Assembly (NCBI RefSeq): GCF_030144855.1
Contig: NC_082726.1
Location: 35,960,001-36,024,000 of the forward strand
Reading direction: 5' to 3'
Length of the DNA: 64,000 nucleotides
Source: Hypanus sabinus
Taxonomy: Eukaryota
Below are positions 62,751 through 64,000 of this stretch, one piece after another. The notes below the pieces were generated by a model that was not told the DNA's origin, did not search any database, and saw only the letters and a list, made by a program, of their open reading frames with translations. Positions within the stretch are counted from its first letter, which is position 1; each line of letters starts with the position of its first letter. Position numbers and translations under genes: made by a program.

Positions 62751-64000
62751 AACACGAGGAAATCTGCAGATGCTGGAAATTCAGGCAACACACTCAAAAT
62801 GCTGGTGGAATGCATCTATAGGGAGAAGTGCTGTCGACGTTTCTGGCTGAGCCCCTTCGTCTAACTGAAAGGAAAGGTAGTAAGAGATTTGGAAGTAGGA
62901 GGGGGAGGGGAAACGCGAAACGATAGGAGAAGACCGGAGGGGGTGGGGTGAAGCTGAGAGCCAGACAAGTGATTGGCAAAACGGATACAGAGCTAGAGAA
63001 GGGAAAGGATCATGGGATGGGAGGCCTAGGGAGAAAGAAAGGGGGAGGGGAGCACCAGAGGGAGATGGAGAACAGGCAGAGTGATGGGCACCTACCACCC
63101 CACCAGCCTCCGGATCCAACGTATAATTCTCCGTAACTTCTGCCACCTCCAACGGGATCCCTCTACCAAGCACATCTTTCCCTCCCCTCCCCCTTCTGCT
63201 TTTCACAGGGATCACTCCCTACGCGACTCCCTTGTCCATTCATCCCCCCTCCCCCCCATCCCTTCCCACCGATCTCCCTCTTGGCACTTATCCTTGTAAG
63301 CAGAACAGGTGCTACACCTGCCCTTACACTTCCTCCCTCACCACCATTCAGGGCCCCAGACAGTCCTTCCAGGTGAGGCGACACTTCACTTGTGAGTCGG
63401 CTGGTGTGGTATACTACATCCGGTGCTCCCAGTGTGGCCTTTTATATATTGGTGAGACTGGGAGACCGTTTCGCTGAACACCTACGCTCTGTCCTCCAGA
63501 AAAAGCAGGATCTCCCTGTGGCCACACATTTTAATTCCACGTCCCATTCCCATTCTGATATGTCTATCCATGGCCTCCTCTACTGTCAAGATGAAGCCAC
63601 ACTCAAGTTGGAGGAACAACACCTTATATACCGGCTGGGTAGCCTCCAACCTGATGGCATGAACATTGACTTCTCTAACTTCTGTTAATGCCCCTCCCCT
63701 TCTTACCTCATCCTTGATATATTTAGTTTTTTCTCTCTCTGCCCATCACTCTCCCTGTTCTCCATCTCCCTCTAGTGCTCCCCTCCCCCTTTCTTTCTCC
63801 CTTGATCCTTTCCCTTCTCTAGCTCTGTATCCCTTTTGCCAATCACCTGTCTGGCTCTCAGCTTCACCCTACCCCCTCCTGTCTTCTATCATTTTGCATT
63901 TTCCCTTCCCCCTTCCTACTTTCATATCTCTTACTATCTTTCCTTTCGGTTAGTCCTGACGAAGGGTCTCGGCCCAAAGCATCGACAGCACTTCTCCGTA
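62751..64000 (+). mobile_element. Penelope-like element with an inverted 5' pseudo-LTR; runs off the window
   Basis: GIY-YIG VVYYIRCSQCGLLYIGET, RFAEHL, PVATHFN; 62820-63090 is the reverse complement of 63740-64000. Confidence 0.9.
63952..63988 (+). ncRNA. Minimal type-I hammerhead ribozyme motif (decayed copy) in the PLE terminus
   Basis: GTC-CTGACGA-AGGGTCTCGGCCC-AAAGC-ATC-GAC; GAAAC is mutated here but intact in the inverted arm (62830-62855, minus strand), and GAAA is intact at 6060-6092 (minus strand). Confidence 0.6.

Noticed and set aside
55500-64000. SNORA74/U19-like RNA and TIMM23 exon 3
   Set aside because: No recognisable match to either within the window
1-64000. CRISPR array, tRNA/rRNA genes or a prokaryotic operon
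   Set aside because: No regularly spaced repeat-spacer units or structural RNA genes seen; the sequence is intron-containing vertebrate DNA

Overview
Vertebrate nuclear DNA, probably a cartilaginous fish (ray or shark; inferred from the repeat families and protein divergence). It is not a prokaryotic locus. Three protein-coding genes lie on the + strand. (1) GPRIN2: one 606-aa coding exon at 12751-14571, with a likely non-coding first exon in a CpG-rich region ending at 7969. (2) A complete six-exon, 308-aa secreted chymotrypsin/elastase-like S1A serine protease (24397-45379), most of which the ORF track misses. (3) The first two coding exons of TIMM23 (55317-55440, 59613-59671); the rest lies beyond the window. 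Much of the remainder is layered mobile DNA: CR1 LINEs of several ages, Rex1/Babar-type LINEs, an L1 3' end, an R4/Dong-type element, V-SINE-like SINEs, Tc1/mariner MITEs, two candidate solo LTRs and four Penelope-like elements (PLEs). The most interesting signals are these: (a) a PLE system whose terminal repeat carries a minimal type-I hammerhead ribozyme motif and has spawned many short fold-back derivatives; (b) a candidate three-exon transcript diverging from the TIMM23 promoter that splices into a 21-codon ORF; (c) a Dong-like element at an (AAT)n site whose empty counterpart is also visible in the window. All calls were made by eye. Repeat boundaries are approximate unless a target-site duplication (TSD) is given.
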